Shown here one piece after another: positions 1 through 12,313 of a stretch of DNA of 64,000 nucleotides; position 1 is the first letter of the stretch, and every line of letters starts with the position of its first letter. This stretch comes from Octopus vulgaris (lineage: Eukaryota), in contig OX597814.1 of assembly GCA_951406725.2 (NCBI GenBank), forward strand, positions 53,320,001-53,384,000, in the 5' to 3' direction. Position numbers and translations under genes: made by a program. The notes below the pieces were generated by a model. That model was not told the origin of the DNA. It did no database searches and was given only the letters and a program-made list of their open reading frames with translations.

Positions 1-53
1 GGTACCATTCCGTCTGTGAGTTTTAGAAATTGTTTTTCTTTTCAAATGAAACC

Positions 54-438
54 ATGGCACTGTGGACGATAGAGCATCAAGTGTTTGCCTATGACAGTTA
101 CGTGAAGAATAGCGAGTCTGTCAACAGTTCAGCGTGAGTTTCGGCGCCACTTCAACATTCACCGAAATCAGGCTGTTCCCACTCGTAACACAATCTTACG
201 GTGGGTGAATGCACTTCGTACACGAGGTACACTAATGAATAGAAGACCGATAGGAGCGCCACGAACGGTACGGACCCCGGAAAATGTGGAAAAAGTCAGG
301 CAAGCTTTGATACAGAGTCTAAATAATTTTGCTCGGAAGCATTCCACTGAACCATGCATCAGTAATCGATCGGTATGGCGTATTTTGCATGAAGACTGCA
401 TTTCCACTCGTACAAATTGGTCATTGGGCAACAGTTGA
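54..438 (+). pseudogene. Tc1/mariner-superfamily transposase N-terminal HTH (DUF4817-like) fragment, frameshifted
   Basis: ATG at 54 reads MALWTIEHQVFAYDSYVKNSES, frameshifts, then VQREFRRHFNIHRNQAVPTRNTILRWVNALRTRGTL..GAPRTVRTPENVEKVRQAL, the typical N-terminus of this transposase group. Truncated near 440. Confidence 0.8.
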
Positions 439-1436
439 AACACCACAAGACAGCAATACTCGGCCGCTGCACGAGTGCGTGAAGAACGGTTTCGTCGCTC
501 TGCACACATCTCGGACAATTCCGCCTGATAGCGTTTCCGAATCTGTAGTTTATCTCGAACCGAAAGTTCTCCTCGGTAGCCCTGCCAAGCCAAGAATTTC
601 TGGAATTTATTCATGGTAGTAGCGGGCCTGACCGTCCTCCGAAACAGTCGAGCTAGTTCATCCTCGTTGGTGCCTAGAGTTTCCTCAAGTACGTTCGTTC
701 TTACCCACCTCTAGATTTCTCTATATTACTAACGTAGAACTTCCACCGACCGCACTGACCGACTGAAGTAAGATGATAATGAGGATGATGATTGTGATCG
801 CGATGACGATGACGATGGTAATGATGGAGAGATGATGATTATTATATCTAGCATAGACAAAAACTACTCACACATATTTTTTTTCGAGAGGAAGAAGAAG
901 GAAAGAAAAGACAAAGCGTAGGCATTTCAATCAGAGCCAATAGTGTTGCTTTGTTTTGTCATATTTTTCTTATTGTAGTTTTTGATGCTTATGCTTATAT
1001 TCTGTTTGCGAGAGCATGTACAGATATGTTTAAATAAACATACATACCAGTACGTATATGCACCTATATGTGTGCGGATTTCGGCGAGAGAATTCGTACG
1101 TTAAAAAAATCACGCTTCAGGGAAATGAAAAAATCGTTTGAGTTGTTTTCATTGATGTCTCCGATGTTGCTTTTTGTTGTTCATATGGCTGTAGGTATGA
1201 CTTGTTCAGAACTTGCTGATTTCGTTCAACTTCGAAGTGGTTATATTTATGGATGGACGAAGCGTTAATTATTCAAACAAACCGTTTGTAAATGTGTGTG
1301 CATCTACGCGCGCGCGAGTGCGTGTGGGCGCGACTGTGTGTATGCGTGTGTATACGCGAGCGGATGTGTAGCGTAAGAGTCACTCTTGAAATACATTACA
1401 CTATTGAGTACTTCTGTAATTGAAAATGATGATTAC

Positions 1437-1475
1437 AATAATAATAAGGATAATAATAATAACAAATATAACAAC

Positions 1476-1537
<62 letters not shown>
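1437..1537. repeat. (TAA)n microsatellite
   Basis: Directly visible. Confidence 0.95.
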
Positions 1538-1538
<1 letters not shown>

Positions 1539-1788
1539 GACTAAAGGTCGTGCCTATAATGATTGATGCGTTGGGAACAGTAACCCAAGATATAGGTAAA
1601 TGACTGAAGGAGATTGAAATAGAATGCCCGTTAGAGCTCCCACAGAAAGTTTGCCTCTTAGGGACAGAAAGGATTATCAGAAGAGTTCTAAGCACTTGAA
1701 AGACCGTCGAAAATATGTAGATACCTATCCACAAAAATCCTACCAGGAATAAGACAAAACCTGAGCTTTGTTTCTATAATAATAATAA
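1539..1788 (+). mobile_element. 3' end of an R4/Dong-like (RLE) non-LTR retrotransposon in a TAA tract
   Basis: Translates LKVVPIMIDALGTVTQDIGK*LKEIEIECPLELPQKVCLLGTERIIRRVLST* (RLE C-terminal motif; stop at 1697-1699). A short 3' UTR follows, with (TAA)n on both sides. Confidence 0.8.
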
Positions 1789-1789
1789 T

Positions 1790-1950
1790 GGTTTCTAATT
1801 TTACCACAAGGGCAGCATTTTGGGGTGAGGGGATGAGTCGATTACTTCGACCCTAATGGTCGACTGGTACTTATTTTATCGACCCCAGAAAGATGAAACA
1901 CAATGTCGACCGCGGAAGGATTGAAACTCAGAACGTCAAAGATTTGAACT
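1790..1950 (-). mobile_element. tRNA-derived SINE fragment (family A, Meta-like central domain)
   Basis: ctggtacttattttatcgacccc-gaaagatgaaa..gtcgac core is shared with the full copy at 24102. Confidence 0.8.
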
Positions 1951-1959
1951 CACAATAAA

Positions 1960-2275
1960 ACACTTTTCTCTTAGATCAATCCCTGATCAACTTTTTCAAG
2001 TTTCACTTGAAGAGGAAAATAAGGGTACACAGGGAAGTGTTGCCTTCTAGCCAGTTTGCTGAAAGGTAGATGAAAGCGGTGACTATGGTGCGAATGAATG
2101 GGCCTGTTCTGAGTATACGCCTGTAATTGGAGAAAAGGAAAGAGATAAAGACACCTGCTCCAAAAGTCAGGGCACCCATGGTTTTTATGAGGTTCTACCA
2201 TGAGCAACCCTCGGATGTCTCCTTCATATTGAGGATTACACATCGTTGTTTATGCGCAAAACCCTCACAGCAACA
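1960..2275 (+). mobile_element. Degenerate L1/Tx1-like LINE 3' end
   Basis: ..KAVTMVRMNGPVLSIRL* resembles the terminus of the L1-like fragment at 42505-42831; a UTR-like stretch follows. Confidence 0.4.
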
Positions 2276-2340
2276 CACACTCACACACATACACAGACAC
2301 ATTCTTTGTTTTGTCATGTACAGTTCATAATGCCTTTCAT

Positions 2341-2650
2341 CATCATCATTATTATTATTACAATTATTACTATTATATGAAAATTTGCAGTTTATTTTGT
2401 TGGGTATGATGGAAAGTGTCAGTTGTCCACAGGCAGTAGACAAAGGTGACACTTGTTTACTGGTCATGCTTCAAAACTCTGCGAAGAATTCTTGCAGTTC
2501 CAAGTAATGCTGATTTTTGGAGGTGTTCTACCTTCACACTTGCACCACTCTTTTTCAGCCATGTTGGTAACTGAGTGCTGATACTTCGAAGTGCACCAAT
2601 TATTATTGGTATCACGTTTACTCTCTTCATTGACCACAACCTTCGTGTTA
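2341..2650 (-). mobile_element. 3' end of an R4/Dong-like RLE retrotransposon
   Basis: ORF 2457..2657 reads LWSMKRVNVIPIIIGALRSISTQLPTWLKK..LQKSALLGTARILRRVL; the 3' end runs into (TAA/TGA)n at 2341-2375. Confidence 0.85.
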
Positions 2651-3100
2651 ACGGCAAGAATGGCCCTGACCATTTCTTTGAGGCGAAATACGAAGGGTGC
2701 GTTGTCAGAGCTAAGGCTCGTGTGCGAAGGAACTAAAGCCGTCCGATGGACCCGAACAGTAGAGATGCGACGTGGAAACAAACCACGATCAAGTCCTTGA
2801 CAGAGCAGGACGGATGCGTGCTACTCGGATCTGAGCAGATGTGTGCGGCTTTCCAGCAGCACTTTGCGTGGCTGTTTGGGGAGGGTGATAGGTTGACGAC
2901 GGTAGAGAACTTTACTTTGTACCTAGACGGCCTACCTAGAGGGATCTCGGTGACGGATGCGAATTTTGCGAAAAGTCGATTACAGCCTCTGAAATACAGG
3001 AGGCGATGAGCGATTGTGCAAATCGGAAATTGCCCGGTTTGAATGGTCTGCCCAACGGATTCTATGTTTTCATGCCAGATTTGTTTGGCAGCCTCTTGGC
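2651..3100 (+). mobile_element. L1/Tx1-like ORF2 fragment (linker upstream of RT)
   Basis: TTIKSLTEQDG..MCAAFQQHFAWLF..LDGLP, then in another frame ITASEIQEAMSDCANRKLPGLNGLP (K-x-PG-x-DG-LP motif). Frameshifted. Confidence 0.75.
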
Positions 3101-3244
3101 ACATGTATGTGTGTGTGTATGTGTGTGTGTGTGTGTGTGTTATATATAAATAAGTGTATGTATATATATATGTGTATTTAGCTCCCTGCGGGCAATAAAA
3201 ATAAGTATATATGTATGTATATGTGTGTGTGTGTGGGGGGGTCA

Positions 3245-3524
3245 TTTTAGAAAAAACACCGCTCTACCTGCAACACCAATGTCGACCAGGCGGTCAAGAC
3301 GAAAGTGGTGTTCGAAAACCTTCCCAAGGACACTATTAGGAACGCTAACGCCAAATTCCGGAGCCATCTTGAGGCCATAGTGGAACGGTTGCTGGGAGTA
3401 AACTGTTATCTGCCAGCCATAAACTAGTTGGTAAGTTTTGGTTTTTAAAATACTTTTATGTATGTATAGGATATTTTTATTTCTTTTCCTTTCATACAAA
3501 CTGTTAAATTTTGCCTGAAATCCT

Positions 3525-3528
<4 letters not shown>
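3245..3528 (+). mobile_element. Tc1/maT-like DNA transposon 3' end
   Basis: VFENLPKDTIRNANAKFRSHLEAIVE resembles a Tc1-type transposase C-terminus; a TIR-like end (..gcctgaaatccttgTA) abuts (TA)n. Confidence 0.55.
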
Positions 3529-3583
<55 letters not shown>

Positions 3584-4283
3584 GCACTGTGAAATTAGCG
3601 GGTGCTTTTTATTTGTGTGAGATGCGGACTTTCTCCCCTACTTTTGATATATACTAGTCTGGCGTGTACTAGTCTGGTGTGTACTAGTCTGACTTTACTA
3701 TAGATGTACCACACGAAGAGGAAGGCTTCAGTGGTTTCCTTCCATACAATCTAATGAGTTAGAAGCATTAGTCATTGGTAGCATATATAAATTTATACTA
3801 GGAAATTATTTTTGCTAGAGTAATTTAGTTCCTTCAGAGAAAATAATTTCATATACTATTCTGGTTCAAATAAACCTAAGGTCAATTTTGCATTAACCTT
3901 AGATTAATTCTAAAGTCAGCATAACTTAAATTCAAACAAGTTTTAAATTCAAATTCCAAAATGGAAGTCTGAAATATTTCCATTAAAACAGTTGCAGTCA
4001 GGAATAATATATGTGTTGCATCTCATGAAATACATGAAAGCCGAATTATTCTAGAAACTGGCTGGAACTGGTAATAGAGTGATGCTTATATAATGTTCTC
4101 GAACAGTGTGTTTTGCTGATATTGAAAGCAATGTGGTTGTTAATGTGAAAGAAGAATGTGTTTTTCTATATAAAAGAAAAAAATTCTGCCAAGAGAATTA
4201 TTACAAAATCAAAATCTTTTAATAGGAAAAATATTTCTTTTTGTGAAGCTAATAAATATATTGCAGACTATATTTACTACGTT

Positions 4284-4393
<110 letters not shown>

Positions 4394-4777
4394 TATATAT
4401 ATATATAAATATACACAAACATTTACTGTAAACGGTCTAATTTACTGATTCAATAGAATTTATTTTAATTGAATTATGGTAATAATTTTCAAATGAGATC
4501 TCTGGAGGAATATGGTCAGTCAATATCAGGAAATTGTGTTATTTCTTGTAGACGAAGTAATAAGAAATTCAAACACAGCTAACATTTTCTCACTACAAAT
4601 ATGCATGGACATATATAATATGTGTGTGCATGCGTATGTGTTTATATATGTGTACATATATATATATATATATCATCTCCAAACTTTCTATATATATATA
4701 TATATATATATCATATCCATATATATCTATATATATATATACGTATGCACGTATACGGATACATATATATTTAAATA

Positions 4778-5154
4778 TGGAATGGAAGCACTCCGTCGGT
4801 TACGACGATGAGGGTTCCGGTTGATCCGAATCAACGGAACAGCCTGCTCGTGAAATTAACGTGTAAGTGGCTGAGCACTCCACAGACACGTGTACCCTTA
4901 ACGTAGTTCTCGGGGATATTCAGCGTGACACAGAGAGTGACAAGGCCGGCCCTGTGAAATACAGGTACAACAGAAACAGGAAGTAAGAGTGAGAGAAAGT
5001 TGTGGTGAAAGAGTACAGCAGGGATCACCACCATCCCCTGTCGGAGCCTCGTGGAGCTTTAGGTGTTTTCACTCACAACGCCCGGTCTGGGAATCGAAAC
5101 CGCGATCCTATGACCGCGAGTTCGCTGCCCTAACCAATGGGCCATTGCGCCTCC
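4778..5154 (-). mobile_element. tRNA-derived SINE (family C), near full length
   Basis: Minus strand begins ggaggcgcaatggcccattggttagggcag (A box), then gtttcgattccc (B box), and ends in a ttccattccat-like tail. Confidence 0.85.
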
Positions 5155-5240
5155 ATTTAAATATATATATATATGTATTCTTATATATATAATCTCTCTC
5201 TGCCTCTGTCAGTCTGTCTGTCTGTCTGTCTCTGTCTCTC

Positions 5241-5306
<66 letters not shown>

Positions 5307-5337
5307 CGCGAGAATGAAGCAACAAGAATGGATAGGT

Positions 5338-5428
5338 TTTTAGTACAATCGTTTCATACAAGGACAGGTTTTATTAAAAGTTGCAAAAATTACAGCATAT
5401 AAACGTGTCCCGTACTCATCAGCTAAAA
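5338..5428 (-). ncRNA. Type I hammerhead ribozyme
   Basis: Minus strand: UUUUAG-CUGAUGA-GUACGGGACA..UGUCCUUGUAU-GAAA-CGAUU-GUA-CUAAAA. Confidence 0.8.
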
Positions 5429-6411
5429 TACATGTGAGTTCTCTAGACATCCTAGTGGTTGAGGCTATACTCATGAAGTAATGTAGATAATTAAGTAACA
5501 TAAACAGATTTCAAAAGTTCATTAAAGTTCTTTAAAGATGATGTACAGTCTTATCACAGAATTTAAAAAAAAGTCTTAATAGCATCACAGAGAAGGTGAC
5601 CTAATCCATAGTGCACATATGAATTTCCAGAGATATGATGAGGGATTACATACTCACAGAAGACAAATTTATCCATTGTTAATTACAACGAGGTGGGTTT
5701 CAATTCCTGCTTATTAGCATTACAGAGAGGGTGAATTAATCCTTTGTATAGATGCACAATTTCCAATGGTGTAGGTGTAAATTTCAAGGAATTTCATATT
5801 CACAGGCGATAAATTTATCAATGGTTGAACACAATGAGGTAGGTATCAATTCTAGCTATATGATTAGGTATTTGCCACATTAATCACATTACTGCTATTT
5901 ACAAGAGGCTGTAGCTATTTTAAATAGCTACAGCCTCTTGTAAATAGCAGTAATGTGATTAATGTGGCAAATACCTAATCATATAGCTAGAATTGATACC
6001 TACCTCATTGTGTTCAACCATTGATAAATTTATCGCCTGTGAATATGAAATTCCTTGGAAATTTACACCTACACCATTGAAATTGTGCATCTATACAAAG
6101 GATTAATTCACCCTCTCTGTAATGCTAATAAGCAGGAATTGAAACCCACCTCGTTGTAATTAACAATGGATAAATTTGTCTTCTGTGAGTATGTAATCCC
6201 TCATCATATCTCTGGAAATTCATATGTGCACTATGGATTAGGTCACCTTCTCTGTGATGCTATTAAGACTTTTTAAAATTCTGTGATAAGACTGTACATC
6301 ATCTTTAAAGAACTTTAATGAACTTTTGAAATCTGTTTATGTTACTTAATTATCTACATTACTTCATGAGTATAGCCTCAACCACTAGGATGTCTAGAGA
6401 ACTCACATGTA

Positions 6412-6501
6412 TTTTAGCTGATGAGTACAGGACACGTTTATATGCTGTAATTTTGCAACTTTTAATAAAACCTGTCCTTGTATGAAACGATTGTACTAAA
6501 A
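6412..6501 (+). ncRNA. Type I hammerhead ribozyme
   Basis: UUUUAG (stem I)-CUGAUGA-GUACAGGACA..UGUCCUUGUAU (stem II)-GAAA-CGAUU-GUA|CUAAAA. Predicted cleavage after 6495. Confidence 0.82.
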
Positions 6502-6912
6502 ACCTATCCATTCTTGTTGCTTCATTCTCGCTTATAATCACCCCACATTACTGTATTGATAAATCAGTATAGTTTTTTTTGGTGCATCTAAGTTAGGTAC
6601 CATATTCAAGTAAATTCATTTAAATTAACTTGAATCTTTATTGCTTTTTGTATATATATATATATATACACATATATATATATATATTTTTATATTATAT
6701 TGATGGTACAGATACCAACACGCTAAGAGGGACCAATGCGGTCAAAACTACTAAAAATAAACAAAATTTTACCGAATGCAAAACTTCAAAACACATCATT
6801 TTAAAAAAGAATTCAGTTACATATCACATGTGATTTCGCATTTAATGCAGAATATGCATTTCATGTTCGTCAGTGCAACAAACTCAAGAAATATAAGAAA
6901 AAACATAACATT

Positions 6913-7129
<217 letters not shown>

Positions 7130-7274
7130 AAAAGTAAAAAATATACAAACGGGACAAGAACGTGAAACATTTAGAAGACGACACAAAAAACACGGACGGG
7201 ACATTCATCAGTCAAGAACCGGATCATCTTCGCAATTTCGTTGCCGTGTGATTGAGTGGATTTCATCCAGATAG

Positions 7275-7356
7275 TTTTGGCTGACGAGCTACAAGTGGAT
7301 TTTTTTGTAAGTAAAATTACATTTAATTCATTAATAGCGAAACAATTGTCCCAAAA
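7275..7356 (+). ncRNA. Type I hammerhead ribozyme (copy 1)
   Basis: UUUUGG-CUGACGA-GCUA..UAGC-GAAA-CAAUU-GUC|CCAAAA. Palindromic stem III (ACAAUUGU); cleavage after 7350. Confidence 0.88.
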
Positions 7357-7809
7357 TAATCTGTATTTTTGTTATTTTTTACTCGCCCTGTCCGTGTGAG
7401 CTAACAATCGTACTGACTTTCATGGGAAACACGTATTTTTGTGGTTGAAACCTTTTGGATTAACTGGTGCTAGAGTGAGCCATATAGTGACCACTCTCTT
7501 ATATTTATTTTGTAAAAATATTATAATATATTATAAAATATTATAATAATCCAGGTTTCTCGTAGCACTAGGCCACTTGGTGTTGAATAGATATACTATT
7601 AAATTAGTATCTAATTCTCTCACCCTTATTAATTAATTATAATTATGCTGCATTTATTTCTAAATGCAGTATTTGTTTTCCGTGAGAGTTTGGCGCGCTG
7701 TTAGTTGGGGCATTTGAATTATAACGTCGGATGTAATCAATTGAACCACACGTGTATTTATCGTTATGGTAATATCTGGCGTGTGATTGAGTGGATTTCA
7801 TCCAGATAG

Positions 7810-7891
7810 TTTTGGCTGACGAGCTACAAGTGGATTTTTTTGTAAGTAAAATTACATTTAATTCATTAATAGCGAAACAATTGTCCCAAAA
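7810..7891 (+). ncRNA. Type I hammerhead ribozyme (copy 2)
   Basis: Identical to copy 1; cleavage after 7885. Confidence 0.88.
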
Positions 7892-8176
7892 TAATCTGTA
7901 TTTTTGTTATTTTTTACTTGCCCTGTCCGTGTGAGCTAACAATCGTACTGACTTTCATGGGAAACACGTATTTTTGTGGTTGAAACCTTTTGGATTAACT
8001 GGTGCTAGAGTGAGCCATATAGTGACCACTCTCTTATATTTATTTTGTAAAAATATTATAATATATTATAAAATATTATAATAATCCAGGTTTCTCGTAG
8101 CACTAGGCCACTTGGTGTTGAATAGATATACTATTAAATTAGTATCTAATTCTCTCACCCTTATTAATTAATTACT

Positions 8177-8219
<43 letters not shown>

Positions 8220-8373
8220 GATATAAGGGTGTACATGTGAGCGTGAATGCGCGTGCGAGTGTTTGTGGTGCGTATGTGTGTATATCTATATGAGTGGGCG
8301 AAGAAAGGAAATAATGTAGCACGGAACACATTTATTTAGAGTTCTATATATTTAATAACAGACTAACCCCAGA

Positions 8374-8421
8374 GATCTGATGATGTGGGCGCGTTTTGTG
8401 TCCACAAAACTTTACGTAATC
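8374..8421 (+). ncRNA. Degenerate hammerhead ribozyme
   Basis: GAU-CUGAUGA-u-GUGGGCGC-guuuu-GUGUCCAC-AAAA (GAAA mutated)-CUUUAC-GUA-AUC. Confidence 0.5.
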
Positions 8422-9882
8422 AAATTATGCAAATATATGCTAGTGCGAATATACTCTCTTTAAGATACCATTTTTACATCGATTTGATGTCATTGTGTTA
8501 TATATTCCTATAGCGTATATGCATAAGTATACATATGGCACGCATGTGAGAAAACGCTGGCAAGGCATACAATATGAAAGAAGGTCGAACGTCAACAAAG
8601 GAAAACTTTAAATAGAACTCTAAGACGAAATGTAATTCTATTAAAAGAACGTGCATTTATAAAATTTATAAAGCAACGAAAAATTATTGAATAATGCCAA
8701 TATATTTTAAAATATACACACGCACGCACACACACAAACACACATTTATATACCAACATATATATACAAGCAGTTTTTGTGCATTTCTAATACTGTTAGT
8801 ATTCGTTACTAAGCATAATATCATCGTAAATACAATTATTCTATCTACGTTTATGTTTAGTGAAAAAATGAGCCTATCTAATTGAAAATGTTGTTAATCT
8901 TTTGATGCAAAGCGGAAGAAAGAAGTGTATTGCTTGTTTATATATAACATGCCGTTATATAATCAAATATTGTTGGATACAAAATGAAAGTGAAGTGAAG
9001 CAAGCCGATATGTAGATATTTAATAGAAATGAGTTCTTAGTACAACTTATGTTAAATCAATGGGAATACCTACACATATGTGCCCTACTGACTTTGTTTC
9101 TTCATAACTTCTAGAAAAAGGATATTATACATACATACCCAGACACACATACACACAAGCACGTACTCATGCACATTCACATATACACGCATACACAGAC
9201 ACATACACACGCACATACGTGTGTATGTATGCATACATTCATACACGACAGTGTGGTTTCATTTGTCTACCAAATCTACATACAAAAGTTTGGTTGATTC
9301 GGAGCTATTGTAGAAGACATTGACGTAAAGTGCCTCGCAGTGAGACTAAACTCAAGACCGCATGGTTATGAAGCAAGCTTTTAAATTCAATGCTACACCT
9401 AGATTCTGATCAGATTTATTCATTATCAATGCCCTTTCTTGCATGACAGCCATTTTATAACATAGAGTGAACCCAAATTACATAATTTAATATACCATTT
9501 TCTTTTCAGATCGAATTGTGTGATTTGAGAGAAATTTTCCTGCTCTTTCTTGTGCGCCAGCGACCTCATAGACATTCACTGATTGATAAATTACGCTATC
9601 GAATGTGGCTTCTACAGTCGAGCGTTCAATTATAGGGAAATACATGGTGAAACAGTAATTTCGAAGTGAATTGAACGTGCAGTATATTTTCTATCTCTAA
9701 ATAATATTGTTTTTTCTATACAGTCAATGCTCTTGCAGAAGCAATGCACATTGCAACACTTATTTTCTATTCCCTAAGGATTTTAAGTTCTAAGCAAATA
9801 ACGAAACACTCAGATCAGGTCCCCCGCCACATACACACACACACAACACACAGGCACGCATAATAATAACAATAACAATAAC

Positions 9883-9941
<59 letters not shown>

Positions 9942-10054
9942 TAAATAAAAATAAAATTATATAATCACTCGGCCATGCATCTCTCTTCACACATACAACC
10001 ATAAATACACACACATGTATATGTGTTCGTACGTACATACGTATATATGTATAA

Positions 10055-10135
<81 letters not shown>

Positions 10136-10170
10136 TAGATAGATAAATAGATAGATTGATAGATAAATAT

Positions 10171-10206
<36 letters not shown>

Positions 10207-10211
10207 ATAAA

Positions 10212-10248
<37 letters not shown>

Positions 10249-10981
10249 TTTCATGTGTGCTATAGATGAAACCTGTAAAGCACAGTGAATAAAAATGTAT
10301 TTATATATAAGCAGTAACAGCCTATGGCGAGCTATTTAGTCTTCTTTTGAGAAATAAATCCTTTGTTAAACAAAACAAATCAGTTTATGTTGTTATAAGT
10401 GATTAATCTAATACAGACTCTTCTACTGAGTCTCTATTCTCTATTGTATTTGAAGGTCCGAATTGTTTGTCTGGCCTCACTTTCCTCGAGGGCCTACTAT
10501 TTCCCCATTTTCACTTTCGTTTTTTAATTTATTTATGTGCTATACTCCTTTCATGCAACTCAGTTTTCTCTTTAAAACACGCAAGTTCTTTACCTATGGG
10601 ATTTTAACTGCAGGCACTATTATCTATTCAGAAAAATTGTACGAAGTAAAACAAAACTGCAACCGATTGGCAATGTTACTACTCATAAATGGCGACCAAT
10701 GGAAGGACTCTAACCAAGAAAATAGCATTCTTCAAAAGTCTATATTACGCGTAATGAGTTTTGGCTCTGGCACCCCGAAGGTACAAGAACAAGAATCGCT
10801 ATCTTTAATATCTGAAGTGTCTTAAGAAAAATGTTCTAAATTTTGGAATATCTTATAAGTTTTTTTTTTTAAATGATATTTTTAACAGTCAAAATTTTTA
10901 GCCACCAGTTGTTTTATTCTCTACTTTAAAATATCAGAGTTTCTAATTGATCATCTGGTGCGTATACACATATAAATATTG

Positions 10982-11175
10982 ATTTCAAATTTTGGCACAA
11001 AGCCAGCAATTTCGGAGAGAGGTAAGTCGATAACATCGACCCCAGTGCTCAAATGGTACCTATTTTATCGACCCTGAAGGGATGAAAGGTAAAGTTGACT
11101 CGACGGAATTTAAAGTCATAACGTAAAGACGGACGAAATGCCGCTAAGCATTGTTTACGGTATGCTAATGATTCA
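10982..11175 (-). mobile_element. SINE family A copy
   Basis: Same core as the copy at 24102. Confidence 0.8.
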
Positions 11176-11389
11176 CACATATAAATATTGAAAAATCAGA
11201 AATGCAATATAAACAATAAAGAAAGTTAAATGCAGTTTGTAGCCCATGTATATCGGTATGGCAAATGTCAAAAAGCACAGTGACTCGAATCGCATAAAGT
11301 ACTGAAGGGTAAAGATAATATTCCTTCGAAAAAATTTGCCAGTGCAGTCAGACACCCAAACACACACATAAACACACATGCTAGGAGAC

Positions 11390-11730
11390 CCAGAATTTGA
11401 AACAAATTTGCACTTGAAACAAATCTAATATTGAATTTTAAAATGGTGAACGGTGCTGACAAACATCCTGGTGGAGAACATCTACGAATGCAATAAGTTA
11501 GCTATTAATGCAATGAGTTAGCCATGGTTCTTACAGGACAAAAACATGGTGAAGCATTCCCAAGTAAAGTCTAGACAATACATTTCAAAGGATATCGGAG
11601 AGGCCTCTATGTTTATGGTCCACAAGAAAAAACAAAGATTACAGTAAAGAAGCTATGGTATAATTAAGTAAATTATTTATGTCGCTTATTCTACATTAAC
11701 GTTCATTCTGGGTAACGCAGGATACGTACA
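11390..11730 (+). mobile_element. Possible degraded Helitron 3' end (helicase tail and hairpin)
   Basis: AMVLTGQKHGEAFP and LYVYGPQEKTK-like peptides; ctgggtaacgcagg resembles the Helitron 3' hairpin at 39205. Confidence 0.35.
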
Positions 11731-11750
11731 TATATATATATATATATACT

Positions 11751-12313
11751 ATTGATAGGAATATCGCCAATAATAATAAATGCAATCACTCGTTGAATTT
11801 GGGATTGGATAGTAAAAATAATTGTAACACTATTAATGGGAATATAGTTACAGAAATTTTGGCCAATGTTAGATTACCCCAACCTGTTGATAACTGTAAT
11901 TGCAGAAACAGGAATCAATGTGTGTTTGGTAATCAATGCCTCAAGAGAGAGGCAGTTTATCGATGCACTGTGGGTACACAATATAGCAGTAGGGTATACA
12001 TCGGAGCAACTATGAATAGCATGAAACATAGACTTAATTATCATAGATATACTTTTAGAAATAAAAATAGGATGTACGCTACGGGTTAAGTACGTATATT
12101 TGGGAACTCAATAGTAAGAACATAGATTTTAAATTAAATTGGAAAATACTAACTTCTGCACCTGTATATAATAGTAAAAATAAAAAATGCTCTCTATGTA
12201 TTAATGAAATTTTTTTCATCATCAAAGCTGGTATGCCTATTGTTAATAATATTAATGAGCGGAATTTTTTTTGCATTCATAAACTACCGTACACTTTCTC
12301 TAGATTTAAATAG
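11751..12313 (+). pseudogene. PLE (Naiad-like) Cys-rich linker and GIY-YIG endonuclease, one frameshift near 12087
   Basis: CNCRNRNQCVFGNQC (CxCx5Cx5C), AVY..VYIGAT..KHRLNYH; after the frameshift STYIWEL..NWKIL..CSLCINE..NER..CIHK..RFK*. Confidence 0.88.

Larger units (their letters stand above)
5307..6531. repeat. About 1.2-kb near-perfect palindrome (inverted PLE pLTR-like sequence)
   Basis: Arms 5307-5920 and 5922-6531 are reverse complements around a 1-nt centre at 5921 (gtagctattt-t-aaatagctac), with only a handful of mismatches or indels. Confidence 0.95.
7245..8174 (+). repeat. Direct repeat with 535-bp period (7245-7639 matches 7780-8174); PLE pLTR or retrozyme-like
   Basis: Two essentially identical 395-bp copies separated by 140 unique bp, each with a hammerhead; ends in (TA)n. 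Confidence 0.92.

Noticed and set aside
10463-10825. 120-aa ORF in non-repetitive sequence
   Set aside because: Non-ATG start, no recognisable domain and no splice-site support.
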